From a virus (taxonomy: Duplodnaviria > Caudoviricetes), in the IMG/VR virus record IMGVR_UViG_3300032259_000004, positions 743-64,742 of that record: a DNA stretch of 64,000 nt. One strand, written 5' to 3'. The notes beneath the pieces are model-generated. The model saw only the letters and a program-made list of their open reading frames with translations, ran no database searches and was not told the origin of the DNA. Both the position numbers and the translations under genes were made by a program. Shown piece after piece: positions 53,224-63,336 of the stretch. The stretch's first letter is position 1, and each line of letters starts with the position of its first letter.

Positions 53224-53727
53224 CTACGTCTCCTTGATCTCGACCCTCATAAGCTCCGCGTCGTCGGTCATCGTGTCGTTGGTCCCGTCGTCGGCGTCCC
53301 TGGCAACCGATAGCCGGAAGCTCTCGCCTGCCGCCAGTGAGTCCATCTGTGCCCCGCTCGTGTGGGTATTCGTCTCGGTGTACTGAGGCTCGCCAGAGAC
53401 AGAAGCACACGCGACCGCGCCGCTGGCCTGAGCCGTGGCGAAGCTATCGGAGTCCAGGTCGGTTACATCGTCCTGGTGCCGCTCGATAGCCGTCTCCCAT
53501 TCGACGTTCCCCGTCGTGGCAGTCTCGGCCATCCACACCAGCAGGATCGTCAGCCCACCCCCGCCATAGTGCCGAGGGAGAACCCCGGTGAAGTAGCAAG
53601 TCTCCTGTGTCGTGTCATCGAAGTCGAGGACCATATGGTTGTTGCGCGTGTCAATGGTCGGCGCATTCGAGGACGGGAAGCTCGCCGCCCCTGGAGTGAA
53701 TACGAGAAGGGTGTCGCCGCTAGCCAT
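53224..53727 (-). CDS. Putative virion structural protein
   Basis: LDFDDTTQETCYF, VEWETAIERHQDD, GESFRL. Confidence 0.7.
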   Translation of the reverse strand: MASGDTLLVFTPGAASFPSSNAPTIDTRNNHMVLDFDDTTQETCYFTGVLPRHYGGGGLTILLVWMAETATTGNVEWETAIERHQDDVTDLDSDSFATAQASGAVACASVSGEPQYTETNTHTSGAQMDSLAAGESFRLSVARDADDGTNDTMTDDAELMRVEIKET

Positions 53728-54236
53728 CAGTCTGCCGTCCCTTCAGAGCAGATCGAATCGTAAGCGGCCTTCGCTTGCGCCAAGGTCCGATCCGCCAGAG
53801 AGGGCAGGGCTGCGATCCTCGCCTGAAGGTCAGCGAAACTCGTAGCCGCCGCCACCGCTGCCTGGAAGTCCCGATCCCACTCGCGGAGTATGTTGATCTC
53901 TCGAATCGTCATCTCCGCTATCGCTCGCTTAGAGGCTCCCTGCGGCCCGTCTGCCAACATTATTGCCTGTGCCCCTGCTCGCTTGTTCGCAAGCCACTGA
54001 GCAGCAATCTCGGCGTCCCTGGCCGCTTTCTCCCCGGCGTCCATGTCGCGGATCTCCCCGGCGTCGTGCCGCCAGTATGCCTGCGGCTCCGTCAAGGTCG
54101 GGAAGGTAGACCCTTTCCCGTAGATCACGACATCGACGCCCACCCTCGGAAGGTAGGGACTCCCGCTCACCGAGGGCAGGTAGTTCAGTACCCGGTCGTT
54201 GTCGTGGGCGGGGTCGTAGATGTAAACGTCCGCCAT
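53727..54236 (-). CDS. Putative tail-fibre-associated/chaperone-like protein
   Basis: GGAGG RBS; YWRHD.GEIRDMD.GEKAARDAE; helical C-terminus. Confidence 0.6.
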   Translation of the reverse strand: MADVYIYDPAHDNDRVLNYLPSVSGSPYLPRVGVDVVIYGKGSTFPTLTEPQAYWRHDAGEIRDMDAGEKAARDAEIAAQWLANKRAGAQAIMLADGPQGASKRAIAEMTIREINILREWDRDFQAAVAAATSFADLQARIAALPSLADRTLAQAKAAYDSICSEGTAD

Positions 54237-54246
54237 GAGTCACCTC

Positions 54247-54693
54247 CTAACTGGTCTGTGCGACAGTGACGAGGCCGTTAGTGGCATGGAAGTCCACGTC
54301 GAAATCACCGTTGCTCGAAGACTTGTCTGTCGTGTCGTCGAGTTCGCACGAGAAGCACAGCTTGTCGGTGCCAGTCTTCGCGGCCACGGTCCCCTTGAGG
54401 ATCGCCATGTAGCGCGCCGTGATCGTGACGGTGTTGCCAAAATCGACGACATCGGCATCGTACTTCACCGTCCCGGCTGCTCCGCTGAGCGCCTCGCCGG
54501 TCATATCCTGCGGGCTGTAATCCCCGTCGCTGATCTCGTTGGCAACGATGTCGGTGAGCGTGGTGTCGCCGATGGTGAAGGTGTGGGACGAAGTGAGGAG
54601 GATCGCGTAGTGATCGTCCGTGACCCAGTTGTCGGTGTTGTCCAAGCAATCCAAGAGGAACTGCCCGTACATCTGTGGATTTCCGCTTGCCAT
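54247..54693 (-). CDS. Putative virion structural protein
   Basis: D...AILLTS...EIS.GDY...YDADVVDF...ARY...SSNGDF. Confidence 0.7.
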   Translation of the reverse strand: MASGNPQMYGQFLLDCLDNTDNWVTDDHYAILLTSSHTFTIGDTTLTDIVANEISDGDYSPQDMTGEALSGAAGTVKYDADVVDFGNTVTITARYMAILKGTVAAKTGTDKLCFSCELDDTTDKSSSNGDFDVDFHATNGLVTVAQTS

Positions 54694-54695
54694 TT

Positions 54696-54866
54696 TTATC
54701 TCTCCCAGGTGACAAATGATTGACGAATCTCAGCGACGACGAAGCTAAGGCGATGAAAGGATGTTATGTGTCCGACCCAATTCCCGAGACCAGAGAGGAA
54801 CGCCACGCCACCCTGCTGGATGGCTCCGAGCCTGCCCATCCCGAACGCGCACCGAGGGGTCATCAT
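54696..54866 (-). CDS. Small Gly-rich hypothetical protein
   Basis: MMTPRCAFGMG...; ATGA overlap; fills the gap. Confidence 0.35.
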   Translation of the reverse strand: MMTPRCAFGMGRLGAIQQGGVAFLSGLGNWVGHITSFHRLSFVVAEIRQSFVTWER

Positions 54867-55600
54867 GGCGTCTCAAGCCTCTCTTGTCGCTGCATCCCTC
54901 GGCCCTGGTACGGCTGCGAGGTGTCCTTCGACTCGTAGATCGGAGCCTCGAACCAGACGTCCACGCCGTTGTCCTCGTAGATCGTCAGGATGCCGGTGTC
55001 CTCGTCGGTGATCTTCTTGTTCCTTGCGATCTTGGAGACAATCGCCAGGTCGAGCTGGATCGTCCCGATGTTGGTCTCAATGGTGGCGACGTCGGACTCG
55101 ATGGAGACAATAGCCCCGGAGATTGTCGTCAGGGTCGTCGTGTTGGCATCGACATTGGTGTCGATGTCGGTCAGGGCTTGAGACTCTTGAGCTGTCAACC
55201 CAGAGACCCCCGTCTCGGAGATCGTATTGCCAGCCGAGTTCTGGGGGATCACCTGCACCTGATTCTGATTCAAGATCCCGGCACCGACATCATGGAAGTT
55301 GTTGTTCGAGCCCCCATCCATCAGGACGGTCCATTGGCTGTTGGGAAGGAAGGTGATCGAGTAGCCGTTGATGATGTTGATCGCCCGGACATAGGTCACG
55401 CCGGAGATTGTATTCTCCAGGGCTTGTTCGTGAGTGTCGGGGAAGGCCATGCCATCCTCTGAGTCCTCAAGATCCTTCAGCTCCTGCTGGAAAGCCAGGG
55501 TGTCCATCTCGTAGAGTGTCCCACTGACCAGAGTCAAGATGTCTGTGTCCGTTTGGGTCACAGTAATCACCTTGGTTCCCCAGTCAATCGAGATAGCCAT
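54863..55600 (-). CDS. Putative virion protein
   Basis: MAISIDWGTKVI; coiled-coil; TGILTIYEDNG. Confidence 0.75.
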   Translation of the reverse strand: MAISIDWGTKVITVTQTDTDILTLVSGTLYEMDTLAFQQELKDLEDSEDGMAFPDTHEQALENTISGVTYVRAINIINGYSITFLPNSQWTVLMDGGSNNNFHDVGAGILNQNQVQVIPQNSAGNTISETGVSGLTAQESQALTDIDTNVDANTTTLTTISGAIVSIESDVATIETNIGTIQLDLAIVSKIARNKKITDEDTGILTIYEDNGVDVWFEAPIYESKDTSQPYQGRGMQRQERLETP

Positions 55601-55602
55601 TC

Positions 55603-55881
55603 TCAGCCTCCGATTTCGATGTCATTCTCCTGCAACACCTTGCGTAACCTCAGAACCTCTTCCTCGAATGAGCGGTAGCGTCGGTTGTTGTCGTCAACGA
55701 CCATCGCCAGATTGCTTCTCTCGGCGGCAAGCTCCGCTTCCAAGCGAGAGCGGATCTTGTCGGACTCCATAAGATCGGTTCTCGCCTTGTCGAGCTTCTG
55801 GTTGATCTTCATGTTCTCTTCGGCGTAGGCATTCTTCATCCTGCGCTGCTTGTCATACTGCTCGTCGGTGTGGTTCGGCAT
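55603..55881 (-). CDS. Coiled-coil hypothetical protein
   Basis: 92 aa, charged. Confidence 0.6.
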   Translation of the reverse strand: MPNHTDEQYDKQRRMKNAYAEENMKINQKLDKARTDLMESDKIRSRLEAELAAERSNLAMVVDDNNRRYRSFEEEVLRLRKVLQENDIEIGG

Positions 55882-57690
55882 TTATTCGTCCGGTATGAGA
55901 AAGGCTGGATAAGAAAGACCAGTGGCATTGTCAACGGTTCCAACGATAGTGGCCGTTTTGTACTTCGGGCTATCGGCGGCAGAGCCCTTGCGGACGTATC
56001 CTGTCATGGGCTGGTCATTCGTGATCGAGCGAGAGTCCGACACGACTCCGCTGGCATTCGTCAGGGTATTGAAGTATCCGCCCGTCGAGGTGATGCTACC
56101 CGTAGCTGGTGAGCTTGCGCTCCCCGGCATCGTGTAGGTGTAGGCGTCAACCCCCGTCACGCTGATCGCGTAACACCCGTTGTAGTTCTGTTCATTCGCG
56201 CCAACGATGTAGGCAAAGTCGCCACTCGACATCCCATGACCCGTATGGGCTACCGTGGCCGTGGTTCCAGAACTCGTGATCGTCACCGACTCTTGATAAG
56301 GAAGATCGCCAGTGCCATCAGAGGCGACGAGAAACACGCGGGCTCCTTGGATGACGGCCTGGGTATTGCTGTTCTTGACCGTCACAGTTGTCGTGACTGG
56401 ATCACTGGCGATAGTGGTCGAGGCCCCTGAGCCATTCCGATAGGTGGCGTTCCCGGTCGTACCCGACAGATTGATGGTTAGCGCCCCTCCAGTGTTGTTG
56501 TAGAAGGTCGAGTCGTTCTGTCCGTTCGAGGCGTTGTAGCCCGAGTAGGTCTGATCTCGCAGCGTCACAGACGCAGGAGTGTTGGAGCCGAACTCGATAG
56601 CATGAGTAGTTGCCGTTCCCTTGACGAAAGTGATCCCGTCCACCTCTCCGTCAGGATCGGTGTTGACGTTATAAACGAGGGCGGCTGTCCCCGTGGTGCC
56701 CTCGTAGCCCTGAATAATGCAGTTGTTCATATTCGCGCCAGCATGAGTGATCTGGCCGCAGTCGTCGAAGGTATTGCCCGTCGCCGTCATCCCGGATTGG
56801 AAGGCGATTGTCGAGGCTCGAACCACGAGGTTGCTGCTGAACTCGACGGCGTTGAGATTGGTGTCCGAGAGGTCGATCACAACGCGAGTGGAATCCAGGG
56901 TTCCGCCTGAGCGGATTACGCTCCCGGTGATGAAGCAGTTGCACCCCGATCCGGTGGCTGTGATGTCGTAGAGGCCAGTGGGAATCGACAACGCCCCCGG
57001 CGGGTCCACGAACACCAGCACCTCGCCAGCCATCTCGAACCACGTAGTCGTTGCGCCGCTGCCGACCTGGAGTGTGCCGTACCCGAAATAGACTCCGTTG
57101 ACCGTCTGCGTGATTCCGTAAGCTGAAGTGAGGTCCAGGGCGGCAACGCTCGCCAGCGTAACCCTGTCACCAGTGGTGCCTCCCGTGAAGCTGTACCCAT
57201 CCAGATACCGCATCACATCCATCCAGGTGTTGACGACATTCTTGGCGTTGGAGGCATGGCCGGACTCGACGCCCCATCTGTCAACGTTGGCAAGCGTCAG
57301 CGTCGTGAACGCATCCATGTCCTGCCAGATGTAGAACCACCCGCCAGGATAAGTGTCGGACCCAAAGAGTGCCAACTGCTCTTCGGTGGTCCCGTCGAAG
57401 GCCAGGAGCTTGTACGGGTCAGTGGCATAGACGTCCATATACGGCAGGTTGTTCGTCAAAATCCAGCCTCGAAAAACAAGGCCAGAGGCGCTGACGGGAG
57501 CGCCCCCGGCATCGTAGTATCCTTGCTCGCCATCGGCGCGGAAGATGCCGCTCATCGACCCTGTGCCCTCTACCTTGATGTCGGTATCGGCAGTCGTCAG
57601 ATCGTTCCATCCCGTATTGGCATCGGCGGAGGTCAGGACTCCATCGGTCAGACCTCCAGCGCCGATCAAGGTGAATGTAGGAGTAGCCAC
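55882..57690 (-). CDS. Putative virion (tail) protein, G/T/S-rich, beta-helix-like middle
   Basis: 602 aa; GGAG RBS. Confidence 0.75.
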   Translation of the reverse strand: MATPTFTLIGAGGLTDGVLTSADANTGWNDLTTADTDIKVEGTGSMSGIFRADGEQGYYDAGGAPVSASGLVFRGWILTNNLPYMDVYATDPYKLLAFDGTTEEQLALFGSDTYPGGWFYIWQDMDAFTTLTLANVDRWGVESGHASNAKNVVNTWMDVMRYLDGYSFTGGTTGDRVTLASVAALDLTSAYGITQTVNGVYFGYGTLQVGSGATTTWFEMAGEVLVFVDPPGALSIPTGLYDITATGSGCNCFITGSVIRSGGTLDSTRVVIDLSDTNLNAVEFSSNLVVRASTIAFQSGMTATGNTFDDCGQITHAGANMNNCIIQGYEGTTGTAALVYNVNTDPDGEVDGITFVKGTATTHAIEFGSNTPASVTLRDQTYSGYNASNGQNDSTFYNNTGGALTINLSGTTGNATYRNGSGASTTIASDPVTTTVTVKNSNTQAVIQGARVFLVASDGTGDLPYQESVTITSSGTTATVAHTGHGMSSGDFAYIVGANEQNYNGCYAISVTGVDAYTYTMPGSASSPATGSITSTGGYFNTLTNASGVVSDSRSITNDQPMTGYVRKGSAADSPKYKTATIVGTVDNATGLSYPAFLIPDE

Positions 57691-57700
57691 TTCTCAGCTC

Positions 57701-59692
57701 CTAGTAGTCGTCAATCCGCGAAGCCGTCGCCGATCCACCTGTTGATGTCAGAGAACCCTGTCCTTCGTAGGTCTTGATCGGGGTGTTGTTCTTGCCAACC
57801 CCGCCGTCGCGGACTCGAATCCAGAGAGGCAGCGGACCACTGGTGTAGATCGTGGTGAACGCCTCGTCCGTAGATGCAGCTTCCTTGTCCAGATAGCTGA
57901 CCATGACATTGTTGGTCGAGGAAGCGTCGTCTGGGTCGGTGTAATCCGCCGAAGCGATTGTGAACGTGTCCGTACCATCGTGCGCCGTGTACGCCTGACG
58001 ACGATAGCGACCATCGTCCAGTTCGATTCGTAGCGTCCCGGTCTGCGGAGTGTTAGCTGGAATAGCGTTGACGACCACCTCGACTCGATTGGTTGTGGCT
58101 AGCGCCGTCGAGAGGGTCATCTGATCCCACTTGAAGGCGTTGCCCGTATCCTTCGGGCCAACAAGGATCTGATCCTCTGTCGAGATCAGCCCACCAAGAG
58201 TCCAGGTGACGTTGTTCGGAGGCGTGTTGATGTCTCCGTCCAAGTCGGTCACGGTATCCAGGTTGGTCAGGTCGTCAGAGTCGATTCCGACGCCGTAGCC
58301 ACCGATCAAGGTTCCTACATAGCTTCCCAGGAAAACCGGGGTGACGGTTCGAGAAGTGACTGATCCGTTGACATCGCAGGTGTTGGCCCCGTCTCTGATT
58401 TCGAGAGTGTCAACAGGTGCGACTCCGGTACGAAGTTCGATGTGGTGCTTGGTCCCGGTGGTGTCGTTTGCCAACAGGACACCAGAGCCGCCGCCCAAAG
58501 TCGGGTCGGCAACAGGGGTCGTCGTGTCAACTGCTGCCGTGACAGAGGTGGCTCCAGTTCCAGGCGTACCAGCATCGCCTTTCTGGACTGCGTACTCCGT
58601 CATCACCTCGGTATCAACAGGGGTGATGTCGCCAGTGATGTCTTCGAGGGCCACAACCATGAAAGTCGTGCCGTTGTCGTACATGATCCGACCAGCATTC
58701 CCGCCCGTCCCGAATCGGATGTAGTTCCCGACCGTGAACGTCCCGCCAGCCAGCGTGTCATAGGTCACGCCAGTTCCCCAGACAACCTCGTTGTCCTCCG
58801 TGAACGAGCCGGACAGGTTGTTATAGGAGTAACTGTGCGTGATTCCTCGGAAGCACTCGCCCTCGTCGTCCGCAGTACCATCAACCCAATAGAGAGCAGC
58901 GGCAGTGGAGGCCCCGGTGCGTGTCTCGTTCTTCGCCCACTCCCAGACAGCCTTCAACTGATCGCCACTCGTGTCGGCCCCGTAGGTCCACTGCGAGTAG
59001 TAGGGCTGAACACCATTACCGTCACCAATGTCGATGCTCTGAAACCCTTCGGTATTGGTGACATGGGTGTAGGCATCGACGGTGCCCTGAGCGGTGTCGT
59101 TCTGCGGGTCATCGACAGTCGAAACAGCCGCAACAGCCTCACCAACTCCGAGTGTTACGTCGAACGATGCGTAGGTGTCACCGTAGTTGCGAGCCTGAAC
59201 GCGGATCTGGGCCTGGTCGATGTCGCAACCGAACTCGCGACTCTTCACTAGGCAGCGCATCAGGGTCGCGCCACCACCATTGAACGGTGATGTCTGGTCG
59301 CCCCAGAACGGCGCATCGCCGTCGTAGAGGTACTTGTCCTGGACGATCTGGATTTGCGTTGCCGTGCTTACGACCGATCCCAGAACCTTCAGGCCAGACC
59401 AGCGTTCCTGCGTCGCGCCTGACCCCTGAGTGATCGACCCGCCGTATAGGAACTCAGCGCAGGTTTCGTCGATGTTGTAGCCGTTGATGAGGTTGATGAT
59501 CTCGTCCGTGATTCGTTCCGATGGCGTTGAACTGAAGATCGCCGCTACATCGTTCGACGCACTGGACACTTCTGAGTTATCCGCCAGGTCTTGCAGGTAG
59601 CGGTGGAGGTCGATGACCGGATAGGTCGTCGTCCCCGAGGTGTGGGTAATGTTCCCGGTTACATCTACTTCAAAATCGTCAGCGAACGCCAT
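57701..59692 (-). CDS. Putative virion (tail) protein
   Basis: 663 aa; GAGG RBS; H...Y.V.DLHRYLQD, PSERITD, LYGGSI. Confidence 0.8.
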   Translation of the reverse strand: MAFADDFEVDVTGNITHTSGTTTYPVIDLHRYLQDLADNSEVSSASNDVAAIFSSTPSERITDEIINLINGYNIDETCAEFLYGGSITQGSGATQERWSGLKVLGSVVSTATQIQIVQDKYLYDGDAPFWGDQTSPFNGGGATLMRCLVKSREFGCDIDQAQIRVQARNYGDTYASFDVTLGVGEAVAAVSTVDDPQNDTAQGTVDAYTHVTNTEGFQSIDIGDGNGVQPYYSQWTYGADTSGDQLKAVWEWAKNETRTGASTAAALYWVDGTADDEGECFRGITHSYSYNNLSGSFTEDNEVVWGTGVTYDTLAGGTFTVGNYIRFGTGGNAGRIMYDNGTTFMVVALEDITGDITPVDTEVMTEYAVQKGDAGTPGTGATSVTAAVDTTTPVADPTLGGGSGVLLANDTTGTKHHIELRTGVAPVDTLEIRDGANTCDVNGSVTSRTVTPVFLGSYVGTLIGGYGVGIDSDDLTNLDTVTDLDGDINTPPNNVTWTLGGLISTEDQILVGPKDTGNAFKWDQMTLSTALATTNRVEVVVNAIPANTPQTGTLRIELDDGRYRRQAYTAHDGTDTFTIASADYTDPDDASSTNNVMVSYLDKEAASTDEAFTTIYTSGPLPLWIRVRDGGVGKNNTPIKTYEGQGSLTSTGGSATASRIDDY

Positions 59693-59704
59693 GTAACTTC
59701 TCCT

Positions 59705-61957
59705 CTATTCGGGTTCGTTAATTTCCACTGTCACTTCGTCAACGTCCTGACAAGTAGCTATGACTCCAGCACCTGCAATCGTACAGACAGAGATGACCCT
59801 GGTGCCCTCAGACCTTGCAAAGAACACGGAGAATGGATCGGTCGGCACTGGGGGAGCTTCACAGTCTGCCGGACAAGTCTCATGGTTCTCGCCAGGTTCG
59901 CAGATCCCGTTCCCGCAGGGATTGGGGGGTGGGGCCGAAGCCAGGAGCCAGTCCAGATTCGCACCCGCACCATTCGCGCAAGTATCCGTCTCGGCGATCC
60001 TCACATCGCCGTTCGCTCGATCCAAGAACTCGACCTTGCAGTAGTCCTGCTCGTAGCCGCGATCCGTAGCTCCCCACCCCGTATGAGAGGAGAACTCCGC
60101 GAGGGAGTTCGTGTCGATGTCATTGTCGCCATTGTCGGATTTCCAGAGCTTGCGGCTGGCGGGTTGGTCCTCGTGCGGCACCAACTCCCACACGTTGCCC
60201 TGCATCGTCAGGATGATGTCGAGTGGCTTCCAGAGCGCAGGATGGTTGGTTGATGAATAGTTCGGGAAGCTCTGGTTCGCTGTCTCATTGGCGAAGATGT
60301 TCTTCTCCACCAGATAGTCGTGCGACTTATCGGGAAGACTGACATACGTGCCGTCCGGCAGCTTGCGCCGATCTCCTGCTCCGACAGTGAACCACCCCGC
60401 GTACCCGTTCGGCTCTGGAGAGTAGAACGTGTTATTGCGAATGATGATCTTGTCGTTCGACGGATCGAAGTTCGGAGGGTCGCCCCCATACACATCGTCG
60501 CCTATGTTGATCGCTCGCTTGAGATTCGGCACCACGCCGAGATCCACGACCATGTTGTTCTCTACCGTGATGTCCTCGGTATAGACGATCTCATCGCGTC
60601 CCGCGCCAATGTTGAGCGCGATACTGTTCGTCCTGTCATCGTCCAGAATGAGAAGATTGTTGCTGAAAACGAGGTTGTCGCCATTTCGCTCCTGACAGCC
60701 TCGCAGCAGACCACCCTGGACTACGAATCCGTCCTGGATGTTCTTCAGGATATTCCCCTCGGCGTAGAAATCTCGGATGCAGGTGTTGATCGACATGGCC
60801 CCGCCTGCGACCTTCGTGATGCCGGGGTTCTCCCACGCAACAGGAGACTGGTCGAAGAAGTTGTTGAGGAACCTTACGTCGGTGTACGTGCCCCATATCT
60901 TCAGGCCAGGAGTGCTGGTACTGCCGTCGTCAGCATCGTCGTCACAGAACCAGTTCATCGAGACATTCTGCACGAGAAAATGCTCCTTCGGTCCCTTGAT
61001 CCCGCCACCTCGCCAGAAGTAGCCGCAGCTATCCCAAATGTCGATATTCGTGAAGCTCATCCACTCCTGAGCAGCGCGATCCCATCCCTCGATCATCATG
61101 CTCCCGCTCTTGGAGTCGCCGCCCTTGTTGATGTCGTAGGCCCCGATGTCGTGGAACCAAACGTGCGATCCCATCTCGCGAGCATCGCCGTAAGCCTTTC
61201 GCTCGGCATGGAACAGCCCTCGGCCTGGACTCGGATCGGGCAGCAAACCGTACTCGCGGACTCGGATGTGCGCGACCTCCCACCGACTCGTCGAGAGCCA
61301 GTTCTGACTCTGAACGCACTGACCGCCAACGTCCTTGCAGTCCTGCCTCCAGAACACGTTGATGTGGCTGCCATCCACGAAGCCGTCGAAGTCGGCGATG
61401 TCCTCCTGATCGACTGGAGCATAGATGCCGTTCTGGTTGTAGTCCCACCCGACGATCATGGTCGGGTTCGAGGGTAGCTCCCAATCCGTCCGACGCATCC
61501 CCGCCGCAGGCCAGATCTTCACGCCATCCTGTCCGTTGTGCAGACCGCTTTCGAGTAGCCCTTCGTGGAACTCACCGCGAGCGCAGAAGATATTCTCTCC
61601 CTCGGTTTCGAGGAATCGGTTGTCCTTCGCGTAGGTCACGGTGCGACACGGAGTCTCCGGCCCCCCACACATCGGGTTGTCGTCGCCACGATAGCTGTCG
61701 ATGTACGTCTGGACCTCGAACTCCCCATCGTTGTCGAAGTCTTCGAGGATCTGCGTCGTGCCCTCGATGTCGTTGCAGATCACGCAGTCCTCGGGCTCTC
61801 CGAAGATCAGGTCATCGTCCAAGTCGAAGCTGCATCCCTTCGCAACGTACCCAACCCCGTAGGTCGCCGCCTGTTCGCGAGTCATGTTCCAGAAGTCGAT
61901 CTCTTCCACGGCTCCGACAGGAGCAGCGAGCAGCATCAAAACAGCTAGACATCTCAT
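59705..61957 (-). CDS. Signal-peptide-bearing right-handed beta-helix (pectate-lyase-like) protein
   Basis: GGAGG RBS then MRCLAVLMLLAAPVGA; repeated xxxNN strands; DxDxD motifs; CGNGICEPGENHETCPADC. Confidence 0.7.
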   Translation of the reverse strand: MRCLAVLMLLAAPVGAVEEIDFWNMTREQAATYGVGYVAKGCSFDLDDDLIFGEPEDCVICNDIEGTTQILEDFDNDGEFEVQTYIDSYRGDDNPMCGGPETPCRTVTYAKDNRFLETEGENIFCARGEFHEGLLESGLHNGQDGVKIWPAAGMRRTDWELPSNPTMIVGWDYNQNGIYAPVDQEDIADFDGFVDGSHINVFWRQDCKDVGGQCVQSQNWLSTSRWEVAHIRVREYGLLPDPSPGRGLFHAERKAYGDAREMGSHVWFHDIGAYDINKGGDSKSGSMMIEGWDRAAQEWMSFTNIDIWDSCGYFWRGGGIKGPKEHFLVQNVSMNWFCDDDADDGSTSTPGLKIWGTYTDVRFLNNFFDQSPVAWENPGITKVAGGAMSINTCIRDFYAEGNILKNIQDGFVVQGGLLRGCQERNGDNLVFSNNLLILDDDRTNSIALNIGAGRDEIVYTEDITVENNMVVDLGVVPNLKRAINIGDDVYGGDPPNFDPSNDKIIIRNNTFYSPEPNGYAGWFTVGAGDRRKLPDGTYVSLPDKSHDYLVEKNIFANETANQSFPNYSSTNHPALWKPLDIILTMQGNVWELVPHEDQPASRKLWKSDNGDNDIDTNSLAEFSSHTGWGATDRGYEQDYCKVEFLDRANGDVRIAETDTCANGAGANLDWLLASAPPPNPCGNGICEPGENHETCPADCEAPPVPTDPFSVFFARSEGTRVISVCTIAGAGVIATCQDVDEVTVEINEPE

Positions 61958-62382
61958 AGTCGTGCCTCCACTTGTTCGACGAGATCCTCGAAGGGGAAAA
62001 ATGCGCCGGGGCAAGCCGTGTCCCACCAATCTGAGTGGCGGGATATGTCAGATGGTTCGGCGCCGATCATGGCGCACAAGCTCGCAATCGACCGTGCCCC
62101 GGCGATGAGTTGCTCTTCCGGCATTTCGTAGAGGTCAAAGTTGCCCACGAAGCACACCCCCAGGTGCGTCCGGTTGACCGGGATGCAGTGGGCTCCTTGC
62201 ATATAAGCGGGGCGACCATCCAGCCCCTCGTAGATGTCGTCGATGTCTTCGATGACCTTGTGGTAGCCGATGTCTTTCCAGAGCCGGATCTCCTTGTGGT
62301 AGCGACGGAACTGCTCCGTGTTCACCCCAGGAGTGTCCTTGGTGGCAGAGTGGTGCAGTACGATCCCTTTCCAGCGACTCAT
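61954..62382 (-). CDS. Endolysin, N-acetylmuramoyl-L-alanine amidase (Amidase_2)
   Basis: IVLHHSAT, IGYH, GAHC, GVCFVGNF, H..TACPG. Confidence 0.9.
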   Translation of the reverse strand: MSRWKGIVLHHSATKDTPGVNTEQFRRYHKEIRLWKDIGYHKVIEDIDDIYEGLDGRPAYMQGAHCIPVNRTHLGVCFVGNFDLYEMPEEQLIAGARSIASLCAMIGAEPSDISRHSDWWDTACPGAFFPFEDLVEQVEARL

Positions 62383-62837
62383 TGGGTGATTCCGTTCTTG
62401 TATTCGAGAATGGCAACGCGCTCCCTCAGCTTTGCCTCTTTGTCGGATTGCTTCGCTCGATACTCCAGTTCTTCTTCCAGCGTGTAACGCCCACCAACCG
62501 CAAGCGCCCTAGTGTTCTCCTCAACTTGTGACCGGATTCTGCCGATGTCGGTATGGATGCTTTCGACTGTCGAGTTCATCGACTCTACAGTTTTTTCCAA
62601 TCCAGCCACGCCCCGAACGTTGACGAAAAACGGGGCAACGAAGACCCCGGACAGTAGACTCAAAACAGCGACCAGTCCGGTAAGAAGTGCTGATTTCTGC
62701 TTGGCCGTGTCTCCCACTCGCCGCTCTCCTATGCCTTCGCGTCCCTCAAGAAGCTCTGCTTCTTCAATCAGGTCTGCGGTTGTATCTCCGGGCTTGCACA
62801 TAACTCGACCCTCGGTGTCAATGACAGACACGATCAT
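62379..62837 (-). CDS. Membrane protein with coiled coil (lysis region)
   Basis: LLTGLVAVLSLLSGVFVAPFFV then heptads. Confidence 0.65.
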   Translation of the reverse strand: MIVSVIDTEGRVMCKPGDTTADLIEEAELLEGREGIGERRVGDTAKQKSALLTGLVAVLSLLSGVFVAPFFVNVRGVAGLEKTVESMNSTVESIHTDIGRIRSQVEENTRALAVGGRYTLEEELEYRAKQSDKEAKLRERVAILEYKNGITQ

Positions 62838-63024
62838 CCGCCATCAGGAGGACGTTCGTCTCTTCGATCTCGGCGACGTCGAGACCTCGCTCCAGCCACA
62901 CTTGGTAGAGCTGCTCAAGGTAGCCTCGATCCCGTTCCATCGCCAGCTCGATCTCGATTACCAGAGAGATGAAGCTGGCCTCCTCTGCCAGCAGCTCCAT
63001 GTTGGTCTTGTCACAGCAGCCCAT
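62818..63024 (-). CDS. Hypothetical protein
   Basis: 68 aa; GGGG RBS. Confidence 0.5.
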   Translation of the reverse strand: MGCCDKTNMELLAEEASFISLVIEIELAMERDRGYLEQLYQVWLERGLDVAEIEETNVLLMADDRVCH

Positions 63025-63078
63025 TGTTTCCCCCAGACGGTAGCCGCTCGCGGCTGGCTCCCACGCCGCGTGGGAGAA

Positions 63079-63327
63079 CTACTTTTTGTTCCTCATAAAG
63101 CCAGCTACCCAAGCTCCGAGAACTGATCCCCAGATGTAGAAGTGCTGACCGACGAACGCTGGCGTGAAGGCGTCCTGCCAGCTCGCGAGGTCCTTGATCT
63201 CCGGAGCCACGGCCACGAGGATCATGGCGAGCAGCGCGAGGATCGACCACCCCATCGGCTTCGACTCCATACTGACCGATGCGACCTTCCAGTTGTCCCG
63301 TTTCGGTGCGGCTTCTTGCGTTCCCAT
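63079..63327 (-). CDS. Holin-like two-TM membrane protein
   Basis: AGGAGG RBS; two hydrophobic segments; basic C-terminus RNKK; near the amidase. Confidence 0.6.
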   Translation of the reverse strand: MGTQEAAPKRDNWKVASVSMESKPMGWSILALLAMILVAVAPEIKDLASWQDAFTPAFVGQHFYIWGSVLGAWVAGFMRNKK

Positions 63328-63336
63328 TTTGTCCTC

